64,000 nucleotides of DNA. It comes from Eledone cirrhosa (lineage: Eukaryota). Both the position numbers and the translations under genes were made by a program. The stretch's first letter is position 1; every line of letters starts with the position of its first letter. The stretch is from assembly GCA_964016885.1 (NCBI GenBank), contig OZ024740.1, positions 72,416,001-72,480,000 on the forward strand. Direction: 5' to 3'. Below are positions 1-12,888 of the stretch, one piece after another. The notes under the pieces were generated by a model. That model had not been told where the DNA came from and searched no databases. It saw only the letters and a list, made by a program, of their open reading frames with translations.

Positions 1-135
1 ATGTATGTCACAAAAAAAAACTTCTTGTGATTCGTTCAAATCAACGCAAGGAATTACCGAAAAGCTTGAACGAACGTAGACCATCACACCACCACCACGG
101 CGATTAATGCAGTCCTTGCGGAAAAGGTTGTACTC

Positions 136-155
136 GATATAATATGCACTTACAA

Positions 156-213
<58 letters not shown>

Positions 214-233
214 TTCTAAGTGCATATTATATC
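136..233. repeat. Palindrome: 27-bp inverted arms around a (TA)n tract
   Basis: GATATAATATGCACTTACAAAATATTA (TA)n TAATATTTTCTAAGTGCATATTATATC, one mismatch between arms. Confidence 0.9.
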
Positions 234-276
234 TATAATATATATATATATATATATCTATAATATATATATATAT

Positions 277-310
<34 letters not shown>

Positions 311-840
311 ACAGGTACAACATAAATTTCCCATTACCCTTAGTTTCAGAGCTGTATTGGATTATCTATTTTACCAAACTAAATAATTCACTAGGTTTAA
401 CACCTGTGGACACGCTTACAAAATCAGAAAACAGTACAGCTCTCATGACATTCGGAAGCATTTTTTCACGCTCAGAATTGCTGAAGCATGGAACTACCTG
501 TATCAGTTGTTAGTTGTCGGGACACTGCATCCTTCAAAACTTCCAAGCTTCCCAAAATTTGCCAACACTACACCCGATATTCCCTTTCCATACACGTGTG
601 TGCGTGCGCATGTGTGCGTGCGTGCGTGCGTGCGTGCGCGTGTGTGTCTGTGTGTCATAATCACCAAATAGTGAGAGCTCTATTGTCCGGTGTGACGTTA
701 TAATCACCAAGTGGTGAGAGAGCTCTATATCATGACTCATACACTTTCCTGACATTTGTGCATTATTCTATGTACTATACATGCACCTTTATGAGTTGTA
801 GTGCACCTGAGCACTACACAATAGTTTTCATTATTATTAT
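311..840 (+). mobile_element. 3' fragment of a CR1-like LINE
   Basis: Homologous to the minus-strand copy at 23915-24230 (KHFFTLRIAEAWNYLP-type C-terminus, shared 3' UTR, (TTA)n tail). Confidence 0.7.
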
Positions 841-1175
841 AAATATATTACAAAGTCTGAAACACTATGAAGGTGCAAATATTTAGAATTAAGTGTGATT
901 CTATAAGTATTGGGAAATTTGAAAATATAGTTGCCACAATGCAGACAACTAATAGTTGAATAATGCACCCAGTACACTCCATAAGATGGTTGGTGTTAGG
1001 AAGGGCATGTAGTCATAGAAACTTTGTCAAATATGGAACATAACAAGCAAGAGGTCACTAACCCATCTTATCCCAAACTATGACAACCCATCAAACTCAT
1101 GACAGCATGAAAAATAGGGGTAGGGTGCTTATAATCAAGTATATACAGTGATATGATAGACTGATGGTTTCTTAC

Positions 1176-1310
1176 AGTTTCTTTAAATCCACTTGATAAC
1201 CACTGGTTCTGGACCACAGCAACTACAGACTTCGGGGGACTTTCTAGATCATCGAATGCATCCAGCAGTATAAAGTCTAATAACACATCATAGAAAGTGC
1301 ATTTTTTCAC
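1176..1310 (-). CDS. Miga: Mitoguardin coding exon 9 (last visible; gene continues left of the window)
   Basis: ttttcag|GTG...ACT|gtaaga, 135 nt, phase 0/0. VKKCTFYDVLLDFILLDAFDDLESPPKSVVAVVQNQWLSSGFKET matches the conserved MIGA/FAM73 C-terminal motif FxDIVLDFILMDAFEDLENPP..NRWLSxSFKET. Confidence 0.95.
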
Positions 1311-2726
1311 CTGAAAAGAATTAATATCATCACTATCATTCATTTGTAGGCCATTAACTCCTAGTGGAGTCTCAGAGATGCTGTCTCATGTCTTGGACAT
1401 TTAAACCTGGCTGAGCCCAACACCCCACCCCCTCCTCCCTGACCAGATCTGAACTCAACAGATTTCATCAAGAGAGAAGTGACAAGTTATAGAGGAAGAA
1501 TTGACTCCAATACTAGACTGGTAAATTATGTTTTCACCTGAAAAGCATAATTAACATTATCAGTATCATTAATATCCTTTATTTGTGGGCCCTTAACTCC
1601 TAGTAGATTCTTAAGGGCACCATTATTATATATATGTCTTGGACATATTGATGATAGTAATGATACTGATAATGTTAATTATGCTTTACAGGCGAATAAA
1701 AAAAATGCACCAGTCAAGTACTGCAGTCAATTCTTCTTCTATAACTTATTGTTACATCTCTTTATTGACCTTCAAACGAGCAAAGGCAAAGTTGACCTTG
1801 GCAGGATTTGAACTCAGAGTGTAGAGAGCCAGAACAAATACTACAAAGTATTCTATCCAACACCTTAACAACGCTGCCAGTATAGCATTTGGTAAACAGT
1901 TATTAGAAACAGAGACTGAAGTTATTTGAAATGATTGAATATTCCACAAATGTGTGTACCCATAACATAATTCCTAAGCCAAATCATCATCATCGTGGTT
2001 TTTATGACTTTTTCCACACTTGCATGGGTTGGACGAGATCTTTTCAGCACAACATATCTATATGCTGCGATCCTTCGTTGTCTCCACTGTGGTTTTATCG
2101 ATTTGTGATAAGCTTTCACCACCTCTACCCAAGTTTTCTTTGGACTTACTCTACTGCAAGAAACTATGCGAGATTGCTGGACATCTGAATTACAGGTACA
2201 GTCTATTCAACAGACTTTCACACAGTTTCCATATACCCTGTTTCATCGATAAGCTTTGAGTCGACCTAAAGCTATAGTAAAGACACTTGCTCAAGATGCC
2301 ATATGGTGAGATTGAATGCAGGACCTGAAGATTGCGAAGAAAGTAATTGAGATTTATAAGGTGATAGGAAGGGCAAACCACCATAGAAACCATGCCACGG
2401 TTGAGAGGATTCCTCAGTTATGTCAAAGACATAACAACCTCTCTTGTGCCTTGACAAAATGCACCCAGTACAATCTATAAAGTGATTAGGGTTAGGAAGA
2501 GTATCCAGCAGTAGAAAACTTTCCAAGAACAGCGTTGAGAAGACTTTAGTTGTGTCAAGAAAAAGACAACCTCCTAGTGCTGATGCCACAATAAAATGCA
2601 CTCAGTACACTCTGTAAAATGTAATAACATATGTAAGCAAGATGTGAGCCCTCAGCCTGTCTGAGTGTTGACCTGGTCTGTGATGACACATCCAACTTAA
2701 GCTAGCACGGTAAAAAAGAATGTTAA

Positions 2727-2933
2727 CCATTTTGTTAGCATATTTCTAATGAAAAATAGTGGTTATGAGTTTCAATTGATTTTGAAAATATCCAAACATT
2801 TGGAGGAATTTAATATAAGCAAATGTTTAAAATATTACTTAAATATTTATAAAATAAACTTATGAAAGTTTTTAAATGAACAGTTTTGCATCATAAAACC
2901 AAAGTGGCTTCAAACAGTTTAGTATCAAAAGAG
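2727..2933. mobile_element. TTAA-flanked MITE (piggyBac-like); related pieces near 4250-5280, 5420-5637, 23347-23719, 26000-26345, 54730-55017
   Basis: TTAA on both sides (2723-26, 2934-37) and degenerate TIRs of type CCCTTT(C/T)G(T/A)TACC...GGTA(T/A)C(A/G)AAAGGG, recurring in several copies. Confidence 0.6.
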
Positions 2934-2990
2934 TTAAAATGTGACAATGTTGATGATGTTGAAATATATAGAATGTCTTCCACTGCTTAC

Positions 2991-3089
2991 CCCTTTTTCT
3001 CTGAGTTCTTCTTCCATCTGTAACCAATGGCTCTCATCATTAAGGTAATCCATCATGTCTTGATAAGCCTGGTAGAACTCCTCTGTATC
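2991..3089 (-). CDS. Miga: Mitoguardin coding exon 8
   Basis: ttacag|GAT...GGG|gtaagc, 99 nt. DTEEFYQAYQDMMDYLNDESHWLQMEEELREKG resembles MIGA F...YEEM..Y......W...EL..RG. Confidence 0.93.
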
Positions 3090-3440
3090 CTGTAATTAAA
3101 GGAGAAACTTCTAGATTCTAATGTAAACAATTGATATGGAACTATTGTAGGAAGAAGGATACACTAAAATACCATTGATGGTTGAAAATGAAATAAAATT
3201 CATAGCTGGTTTAACCAAGACGTTGGTGATACGGATATAGAAATGGAGAAGCCTGTTATGAGGCCATGTAAATCTAACTTTTACTTTAACAGTGAAAATA
3301 ACCTTAAAATGCTTTAAAATATTGAAATCGAAACCGAGTTGCTACAATGATAATAGCATTAGAAAATTGGGTTGTTGTTGTAGTCAATAAAATGTTTATT
3401 TCTGTTTCATTCCATATAAACTTTCAATCAATCCACTAAC

Positions 3441-3527
3441 CCTATCGGCCTTCTGTAACAATCCTGCCAATAATTTTCGACCAATTTCTTGTAACCAATA
3501 TCTATTATCCACGCCTTTGAAAACAAT
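3441..3527 (-). CDS. Miga: Mitoguardin coding exon 7
   Basis: tttcag|ATT...AGG|gttagt, 87 nt. IVFKGVDNRYWLQEIGRKLLAGLLQKADR. Confidence 0.92.
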
Positions 3528-3594
3528 CTGAAAAAATATAATATAAACATTTATTCTTTTTTAGAATTATGATAAATATTCAATGGTAATTTTG

Positions 3595-3810
3595 AAACTA
3601 GTATTAAAACAAACCAACATATATGTGGTTATCAAACTCGTATTATATCAAATTAGTATTAAATCAAATAATACATATATGTAGTTATCAAACTAGTATT
3701 AAAATAAATTAACATACATGTGATTATCAAACTAGTAACATATCAAATAATACATATATGTAGTTATCAAACTAGTATTATATCAAATCAATGTATATGT
3801 GATTATCAAA
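3595..3810. repeat. Tandem minisatellite, about 36-bp unit
   Basis: About 6 copies of ATCAAACTAGTATTAAATCAAATAATACATATATGTAGTT variants. Confidence 0.85.
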
Positions 3811-4062
3811 GCAGCTAATTGGTAGAGTCATTAGGGTAATGGATAAAAAGTTCCTCAGTATTTGTTCTAGCTCACTGCACCCTGAATTTAAATCCTATGA
3901 TGGTCAACTTTGTTTTTCATTCTTTCAAGATCAATAAATAAAGTACTTGGGTTGGTTCTTTCTCTATCTCTCCAGCCTGGAGAGAGATGGGCTCTGGCAG
4001 GTTTAAAATGCCCAAAACATGCCATGTATCAGCAAGAAGAAACACTGACATACTATACTTAC

Positions 4063-4135
4063 ACAAAATCCTTCTCGAAGACAGTGGAGTTTAGCAAGAA
4101 ATTCTGCATCTTTTAAACAACCCACCATATGTGTT
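4063..4135 (-). CDS. Miga: Mitoguardin coding exon 6
   Basis: ttacag|A ACA...TGT|gtaagt, 73 nt, phase 2 to 0. (R)THMVGCLKDAEFLAKLHCLREGFC carries the MIGA signature FLAKLHCxR. Confidence 0.95.
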
Positions 4136-4247
4136 CTGTAATAAACATAAATACCAAAAAGAATCAAAGAAAACCAAATCAATAATTAAAAAATAAGTAG
4201 AAAAGTAAAACAAAACATGTAGAAATTTAAGAAAATGGGAACTATAC

Positions 4248-4550
4248 ATTAAACCCTTTCCTTATATTTCTAATAGAAGACACTGCCTATATCATTAACC
4301 CTTTCGTTACCATATTTCTCATGGGAGACACTGCCTATATCATTAACCCTTTCATTCCCATATTTCTAATAAAAGATACTACCTACGTTATTACATTTTT
4401 CATTACCATACTTCTAATGAAAAATACTACCTATGTCAAACTTTTCATTAACATATTTTTAAAGAAAAACACTATGCTATTAATACTATATTTCTAATGA
4501 AAAATACTACCCATCATTAACCCTTTTCTTACAATATTCCTAATGAAAAA
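4248..4550. repeat. Tandem repeat, about 43-bp unit, derived from a MITE end
   Basis: CATTAACCCTTTCGTTACCATATTTCTAATG...ACTGCCTATAT repeated about 7 times. Confidence 0.8.
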
Positions 4551-5671
4551 GTCTATGATTTTCCAATAATTTTGAAGATAATCAAGAATTTGGAAGGATT
4601 TAATAAAATAACTTACTTTTTAATTAAGCTGATGCTTGTAAATGTTAAAGGTTCTTACATTAAATTAAGATTGAAGGCTTTTTAGATAAATATAATTTGG
4701 AGTGATTTTTAGTATCAGAGTGGACTTGCATCTAATGTGATCAATTGGATCTGTAACTCACCTATATTCAGGACTCATATATAAAAGTAAGTATGTGGTC
4801 AACTGGATCCCTAACTGCGTTATTCAAAAAAGCCACCTAAATTCAAAACTCATTTAAAAGTAATTATTTATATTAATTTTTAAGAATGAGGTGTATCATC
4901 AGGTTCTTTGGAGGTTGAAAAACAATGATAGCATCACAGGACAGAATTTTCTCCCCTACATTAGGTGATGAGGCTTCATGATGGACAGGATGTTAGTGTT
5001 AGCTTCCCAACATTAACGTAGTTTTATGTAGAATAGAATGTTTAAAGGGTTTACAGTTTTTTTTTAAATATATATTTTCGTATATTCAAAACAGTACAAG
5101 ATGTGGTCCCCCTTTATAACAAATTTTCTCATTAGGCTGGTGTTCAGAACATAACCTAACAAAAAATTTTAATATTACGACGGAATGTTTTTTTAAGTAA
5201 TATAAACACTTTATAAAACAGTTTTGTATCATAGAACCAGGGGTAGTTTCAGTCAGTCAGATTAGTATCAAAAGTGTTAATTGGTTGAGACAAGTCAGTA
5301 TGGTTCTCCTAGGTCTCTGATCTCTTCATTTAAAAGCACCGATAGAAAAGTATCTTATTCAAAAATATAATGCAATGTCAGCAGTATGATATGTACCCAT
5401 AAGTAGAAAGACTGAAATATTCCTTTCGTTACAATATTTCTATTAAAACAAACTATGAATTTTCAAATCATTTTGAAAATAATCAAAAATTTCATATTTC
5501 TCATTATTAAGTTAGTGTTTGCATAACTTAAAAGTTCTTATATAAATTATGATACGTCTTTAGGTAAAAATGAAAACTTCATAAAACAGACAGTTTTGTA
5601 TCATAGATACAGAAGAAGTTTGGTATCAAAGAGTCAATTCCATAATGAACTATAAAAATCTATTTTCTCAC

Positions 5672-5784
5672 CGAATAGTGCGATAGGCAATCCCATTGTA
5701 CTTGTGTTCCTGAAGTGCTGCTTCATATAGGGGTAGACGTTTGAATAAATCTCTGTAGGTGTCAACATCTGTTAATTCAGCCAT
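5672..5784 (-). CDS. Miga: Mitoguardin coding exon 5
   Basis: ttgcag|ATG...ATT CG|gtgaga, 113 nt, phase 0 to 2. MAELTDVDTYRDLFKRLPLYEAALQEHKYNGIAYRTI(R). Confidence 0.92.
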
Positions 5785-6577
5785 CTGCAACAACAAGAAT
5801 TATTATAGCATTACATATAGAAATGTTTAAATGTTTAACAATTAAAACAAATAGGATTTACTTATTTCCACTCAACTCACATTCAGTCCAAACATTTTCA
5901 GATATCAAATTTAAACAACCACATAAAACCATCTCTACCATTTATATGCTAGTTAGTTAGGTTGGGATCCCACTCAGGTTACAGAAACAAAGTCCTTTTT
6001 CAATATTTCTCTATCCATCATTGTCATCTTCAGTTCCTGGATAGATTCAAGACCAGTCAGTATCCTGCTTCAGGTTACCAACATATGTGTCATGGTGTCC
6101 ACCACATTTTCCCACTCTGTGCCACCGATCCCACAGGACCAGTTTTTACACTTCCTCTTCAAGATGCTGTACACAATGTTCTGATAGAATTGGCATTCTT
6201 TAATCTTCCCATATACACTTGAGAGGATTCCATACACCTATTTATTTGTCATGTGAAGCCTAAGGATTAGGGTGTTTGGCTTATGACCATAAGGTCATCA
6301 GTTTGATTTCCAGGTCAGATAACGTGGTGTGTCCTTAAGTAAAGCAGCACATTCTATGTTGCTCAAGTTCATTTAGATGAAATTGAGTATCAGCAGCAAC
6401 TGGAGGTCAATCACTTAACACCTATGAAACCAGGATAAACTGAGTTTTGTCCAAGCCACGAAAAAAGAAAAAAAGAAACAGGCATAAAATGATAACACTC
6501 GAAAGAAACATTCATGAGTTTTATATAACATGGAGAAAAACACAGTAGAGAAGATTAGTCTTGCTGAATAACAACTC

Positions 6578-6860
6578 TAGTGCTGGTGTCATGATAAAAT
6601 ACACCTAGTATACTCAATAAAGTGGTAGTGCTGGTGCCATGATAAAATGCAACTTATACACTCTGTAAAGTGGTAGTGCTGGTATCATGATAAAATGCAC
6701 CCAGTACACTTTAAAGTAGCAGTGCTGGTGCCATGATAAAATGAACCTAGTACACACTGTAAAGTGGTAGTGCTAGTTCCATGATAAAATGCACCCAAAC
6801 ACGCTGTAAATTGGCAGTGCTGGTGACATAAAATGCACCCAGTCCACCCAGTAAAGCAGT
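6578..6860. repeat. Tandem repeat, about 45-bp unit, derived from SINE/RTE 3' sequence
   Basis: TAGTGCTGGTGCCATGATAAAATGCACCCAGTACACTCTGTAAAGTGG about 6 times, running into the SINE tail (TTAGGAAGGGTATCCAGCTGTAGAAACC). Confidence 0.8.
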
Positions 6861-7019
6861 TGATATTAGGAAGGGTATCCAGCTGTAGAAACCATGTCTA
6901 CATATGTAACATAGGCAAGATCTGGTTCACTGATCTATTTAGACAACCCATCTAATCCATGTTAGTATGGAAAATGGATTGATGATGATGGCAACCATGA
7001 CAATAACACTGCTGATGGA

Positions 7020-9245
7020 AACTACAATGATGACAATGATGATGACAATGGCGACAACAACGATAGCAATGACAATCATGACGACGACAATGACAATCAT
7101 GATGACGACAATGACAATCATGACGACAATGACAATCACGACGACAATGACAATCACGACGACAATGACAATCACGACGACAATGACAATCACGACGACA
7201 ATGACAATCATGACGACTATGACAATCATGACGACGACAGTGACAATCATGACGACGACAATGACAATCATGATGACGACAATGACAATCATGACGACAA
7301 TGACAATGGTGACGACAATGACAATCGTGATGATGACAAAGACAATGATGACGACGACAATGACAATCATGATGACAAAGACAATCATGACGACAATGAC
7401 AATCACGACGACAATGACAATCACGACGACAATGACAATCACGACGACAATGACAATCACGACGACAATGACAATCACGACGACAATGACAATCACGACG
7501 ACAATGACAATCACGACGACAATGACAATCACGACGACAATGACAATCACGACGACAATGACAATCATGATGACAATGACAATCATGATGACAACAATGA
7601 CGATCGTGAAGATGGCAATGACAATCATGACGACAATGACAATCACGACGACAATCACGACGACAATGACAATCACGACGACAATGACAATCACGACGAC
7701 AATGACAATCACGACGACAATGACAATCACGACGACAATGACAATCATGACGACAATGACAATCATGACGACGACTGTGACAATCATGACAATGACAATC
7801 ATGACGACGACAATGACAATCATGATGACGACAATGACAATCATGATGACGACAATGACAATCATGACGACAATGACAATGGTGACGACAATGACAATCG
7901 TGATGATGACAAAGACAATCATGACGACGACAATGACAATCCTGACGACAATCATGATGACGACAATGACAATCCTGACGACAATCGTGATGACAATGAC
8001 AATCACAACGACAATGACAATCGCGACGACAATGACAATCGCGACGACAATGACAATCACGACAACACTGACAATCACGACGACAATGACAATCGTGATG
8101 ACAATGACAATCGTGATGACAATGACAATCGTGATGACAATGACAATCGTGACGACAATGACAATCATGATGACAACAATGACGATCGTGATAATGACAA
8201 TGACAATCGTGATGACAATTGTGATGACAATGACAATCGTGAAGATGGCAATGACAATCACGACGACAATGACAATCATGACGACAATGACAATCATGAC
8301 GACAATGACAATCATGATGACAATGACAATCATGATGATGACAATCATGATGACAACAATGACGATCATGATGACAACAATGACGATCGTGATGATGACA
8401 ATGACAATCGTGATGATGACAATGACAATCGTGATGATGACAATGACAATCGTGAAGATGGCAATGACAATGGTGACGACAATGACAATCACGACGACAA
8501 TGACAATCACGACGACAATGACAATCACGACGACAATGACAATCACGACGACAATGACAATCACGACGACAATGACAATCACGACGACAATGACAATCAT
8601 GACGACAATGACAATCATGACGACGATGACAATCATGACGACGACAGTGACAATCATGACAATGACAATCATGACGACGACAATGACAATCATGATGACG
8701 ACAATGACAATGGTGACAACGACAATGGTGACGACAACGACAATCACGACGACAACGACAATCATGATGACGACAAAGACAATCATGATGACGACAATGA
8801 CAATCATGATGACGACAATGACAATCATGACGACAATGACAATCACGACGACAATGACAATCATGATGACGACAATGACAATGGTGACAACAATGACAAT
8901 CATGACGACAATGACAATGGTGACGACAATGACAATCGTGATGATGACAAAGACAATGATGACGACGACAATGACAATCATGATGACAATGACAATCGTG
9001 ATGATGACAAAGACAATGATGACGACGACAATGACAATCATGATGACAAAGACAATCCTGACGACAATCGTGATGACAATGACAATCGTGATGACGACAA
9101 AGACAATGATGACGACAATGACAATCATGATGACAAAGACAATCATGATGACAAAGACAATCATGATGACAAAGACAATCATGATGACAATGACAATCAT
9201 GATGACAATGACAATCATGATGACAAAGACAATGATGACTGTAAC
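7020..9245. repeat. 2.2-kb compound triplet minisatellite (core ATGACAATCACGACGACA) in Miga intron 4
   Basis: Direct reading: 18/21-bp units built from ATG/ACA/ATC/ACG triplets. Confidence 0.97.
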
Positions 9246-9339
9246 AATGGTAACAAGGAAGACTGATGATGATATGAAGGCAAAGAAAATTTATTGGAAG
9301 TTATTCTGACATATGTGAAGATAATGAGATGAAACTCAC

Positions 9340-9564
9340 ATCTGTTGCTGAAACAAAGGACTCTTGGTCTTCGGAAGATTCCAGATCCGTGGCATATTGT
9401 TTCTCTGCACGAAGTCTGTCAATCTCTGCAAATGCAGCAAGAGCAGAATCGAGGGCTGCCTGATCAGCTTGCCGCTCACATGCACGTTCAAAGCCATCTT
9501 GCATACGGAGTGCAAGCTCAAGTAAATTCTCCAACTGATGCTGTAAAGCACTGGTTTCTGTGTC
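9340..9564 (-). CDS. Miga: Mitoguardin coding exon 4 (coiled coil plus FFAT-like motif)
   Basis: atttag|GAC...GAT|gtgagt, 225 nt. DTETSALQHQLENLLELALRMQDGFE...LESSEDQESFVSATD. Confidence 0.92.
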
Positions 9565-10416
9565 CTAAATTGTTGGAAATATATATATATATACATATAC
9601 ACACACATATATATACACACACATACACTTTTTTTTTTTTTTGGACAATGAGAGAAAAAACAAAAAACAAATGTTGGAAAGAAGTCAGATGACACCAAAG
9701 TCCTGTACCATATAAAACTGCATTAGCAAGACAGAAAACTACAAAAGAGCACAACTGCATCATCATCATTAAACATCCATTTTCTCTGCTAGCAAGGGTT
9801 GGCCACTATATATTAAAAATTAAATTCTTTTCTCTAATACTGCACATTTTCAAAACAATTTTTTCACTAGTAAAGATACTAAAAACATTTAGCATAAAAC
9901 AGCACTATGACTGCATCACATTAAAACTGATAGTCTTTAGTTTACTGCAACTGTTTACAATGGTCTGTTCATTAGTAAAGATATTATAAACATTTGAATT
10001 AACAAACTTGTTTTTAGATATTTTCTGCTAAATTATTGCAGGATGTTATGGGTTAATTATAAATAATTAGTACATTAGTGGAAGAGTATTTAAAGTTTAT
10101 TACACCGTAACTTGGAACAAAGCAACTTGTGCTGGCACCACAATAAAAGACACTCAGTATACTGTGACATAGTTGGTTTTTGATCAGTAATGAAATAAGG
10201 TATGAATTACTCTTCAATCATGTCAAAGACATCACAATCTCTAGTGCTGGTGCCATGATAAAAGGCACTCAATACACTGAAGTGGTTGTCATTCAAGCAG
10301 TAATAAAATTCAATAAACAGAACTCTTTAGTCACATTCAGGACATGACAATATTTCTAGTGCTGGTGCCATATCAAGATGTCACTAATACAAAGAGCATT
10401 CAGCCATAGAAACCAT

Positions 10417-10450
<34 letters not shown>

Positions 10451-12659
10451 TAGAGATGACGTTTTAATAACATCAAGGACCTGGCAAGCTCTCTAGTGAT
10501 GGCGCCATGATAAATTGAAACTAGTACACTAAAGTGGTTGGCATTAGGAGGGGTATGCCAAAACTGAAATGTTAGTAAGACATAGCCCCTTGACTCATCT
10601 AGGAGAACAGTGGCTTCAATTAAATATTGACCTCGTTAGTAACAACCTGTCTAACCCATGCTAGTATGGAAATAGAGATGTAATAATGTCAAATGTTGTG
10701 GATAATGATGATAATCAATTAATATGTGATTTAACTATTTTTATACCATCCCAAAACTGGCTTTGGTTCTATGAACCTACTTAAATTTGAATCTTCCAAC
10801 ATAATTTTATATAAAGTGGTTTTTATTAGAAAGATGGTCAGGAAAGGGTTAACCCTTAATATGAAAATATCTTATCTTAACTGTAGTTCAGTTCTAATCT
10901 TCCCCAATATGATAATTCTGAACAGTAAATAGATTTTCTGGGTCAAGCTGTTACTGGTTCTCACTACATACACACACACGTTTATATACATGTGTGTGTG
11001 TGTGTGTGTATATATATTCAAAGTAGGGGTCCTCAGGACAAAGACAATGGAAAAAGCAACGGAAAAACAGATGGTCCCATCTCCTCAGTCAACCTCTGGA
11101 AATCACTAGTTTTGGTGCATACCGTTCTATATACACATGCACACACACATTTTTCAAGACTACATGGAATTCTAGCATTGTTGGCTGTACCATCAACAGG
11201 TTGATACCAGTATATCTAAATACATATCTATCTAAATACACATCTATCTAAATACAAACATACAGGTGCACGATAAATACTTCTTTTAAAATCCAGCTAA
11301 AGTTATCAATTTCTCTAGATATAGTTTGTTCAGAGAATTAACCAGATTTGACAGATGACATTTCAGAGATGGTCTTTAAGTAATGTTATTGATTAAATCA
11401 ACTATATCCTACCTGTTACCCCACACCTCCACATCACACACACATTTGGGGCCTTGTACCTATGTAAAAAATCAATGATATAATTCATAGGTGCAGGCAT
11501 GGCTGTGCAGGAGTTTGCTTCGAAACTATGTGGTTTCAGGTTCACTCGCACTGTGTGGCACCTTAGCCAAGTTTCTCTGCTACTATACCTTTGGGTTGAC
11601 CAATGAAATTGGTAAGTGAAATTTGATAGACAGAAACTGCACAGATCTGTCTGAAGGTGTGTATGTCTACAACCATGTCCCATAACTTAGCAGTTTGACA
11701 AATACGAAATTGATAAAATAAGTTCTAGACTTGAAAAAAATAAGTAGTGGTGTTGATATGGTTGACTAAATTCTTTTATGGTGATGCCTCAGTATGGCCA
11801 CTGTATAATGACTGGAACCAGTAAAAGAATAAGAGAATATGTAGGTTGTCGAACTAACAGAATGTAAGGTGGAGAGGACTCTTAGTTTTGTCAAGAACAT
11901 GACAACCTCCCTAGTGCTGGTATCATAAAATACACCCAGTACACTCTATAAAGTGGTTAGTGTTGATGCTACAATAAAATACTATCAGTACATTCTGTAA
12001 AGTGGTTGATCAAACAGTGACAACATAGGGTATAGAAGATTTGTTAGTCATGTCGAGGACATAACCTCTCTAATTCTGGTGAAATACTCTGTAAAGTGGT
12101 TGATGATTGAACAGTGACATCTTAGGATGTAGAGGACTTTTTAGTCATGCTGAAGATTTGACAACCTATCTAGTGCTGGTGTCATGATAGGAAGGGAATC
12201 CAGCTATAGAAACCAACCCTGGTTCTGTGATACTAAACTGTTTTAAAGTATTTATATTTATCTAAAAAAACATCCAATCATAATTTTGTATAGTATAAGA
12301 ACGTTTATGTTATGCTCCAAACACCAGTTTAATAACGAGAAAGTTAATTCTATTTCTAAATCGTTTCAACTTCTGTATTTTCAAAATTATTTAAAAATCT
12401 TAAGCACCTCTTTCATTAGAAATATGGTATGGAATGGATTAAAAATAATATTACATGCATATGTTAAATTTAATGGAATAACTAACATATCCAAAAAGTA
12501 TAGTCTAGCTGGAGTACAATGATGGTTTCTGATTTAGGCACAAGGCCAACAATTGGGGGGGGGGTCAATTAAATTAGCCCTAGTGTGTTACTGGCACTTT
12601 ATTTTATTGACTGTGTAAGGATAAAAGGCAAAGTTAACCACCCTTAGCTGGGTTACAAT

Positions 12660-12855
12660 AATAATTGTTTCTACTTTTGGCACAAGGCCAGCTATTACCC
12701 CCAGTGTATTACTGGTACTTTATTTTATCGACCCCATAAGGATGAAAGGCAAAGTTAACCTCGGCGGGATTTGAACTCAGAATGGCAAGGGCTGTAACTC
12801 AATGCGTCAAAGAATGGTGTCCGACCCTCTACCGATACTACCAATCCACCGCCCT
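12660..12855 (-). mobile_element. tRNA-derived SINE with Meta-domain-like core; further copies near 16120-16575(-), 18858-19190(+), 19470-19650(-), 23775-23914(-), 24615-24780(-), 25205-25410(+), 29561-29888(+), 54545-54735(+)
   Basis: GGGCGGTGGATTGG..TCGGTAGAG (A-box-like), GAGTTCAAATCCC (B box), core GCCGAGGTTAACTTTGCCTTTCATCCTTACGGGGTCGATAAAATAAAGTACC, tail AAAGTAGAAACAATTATT; more than 15 copies in the window. Confidence 0.85.
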
Positions 12856-12888
12856 AATATTACTTCAATACTTTAATGTTAAATTTAC

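Noticed and set aside
5950-6240. Possible degenerate LINE coding remnant (also 38740-39200)
   Set aside because: GC-elevated and ORF-like, but I could not identify a diagnostic motif; needs blastx.
6939-9309. 759-aa and 780-aa ORFs (I/V/M-rich and M/T/I-rich)
   Set aside because: Stop-free frames of a triplet minisatellite inside a Miga intron; no domain or codon signal.
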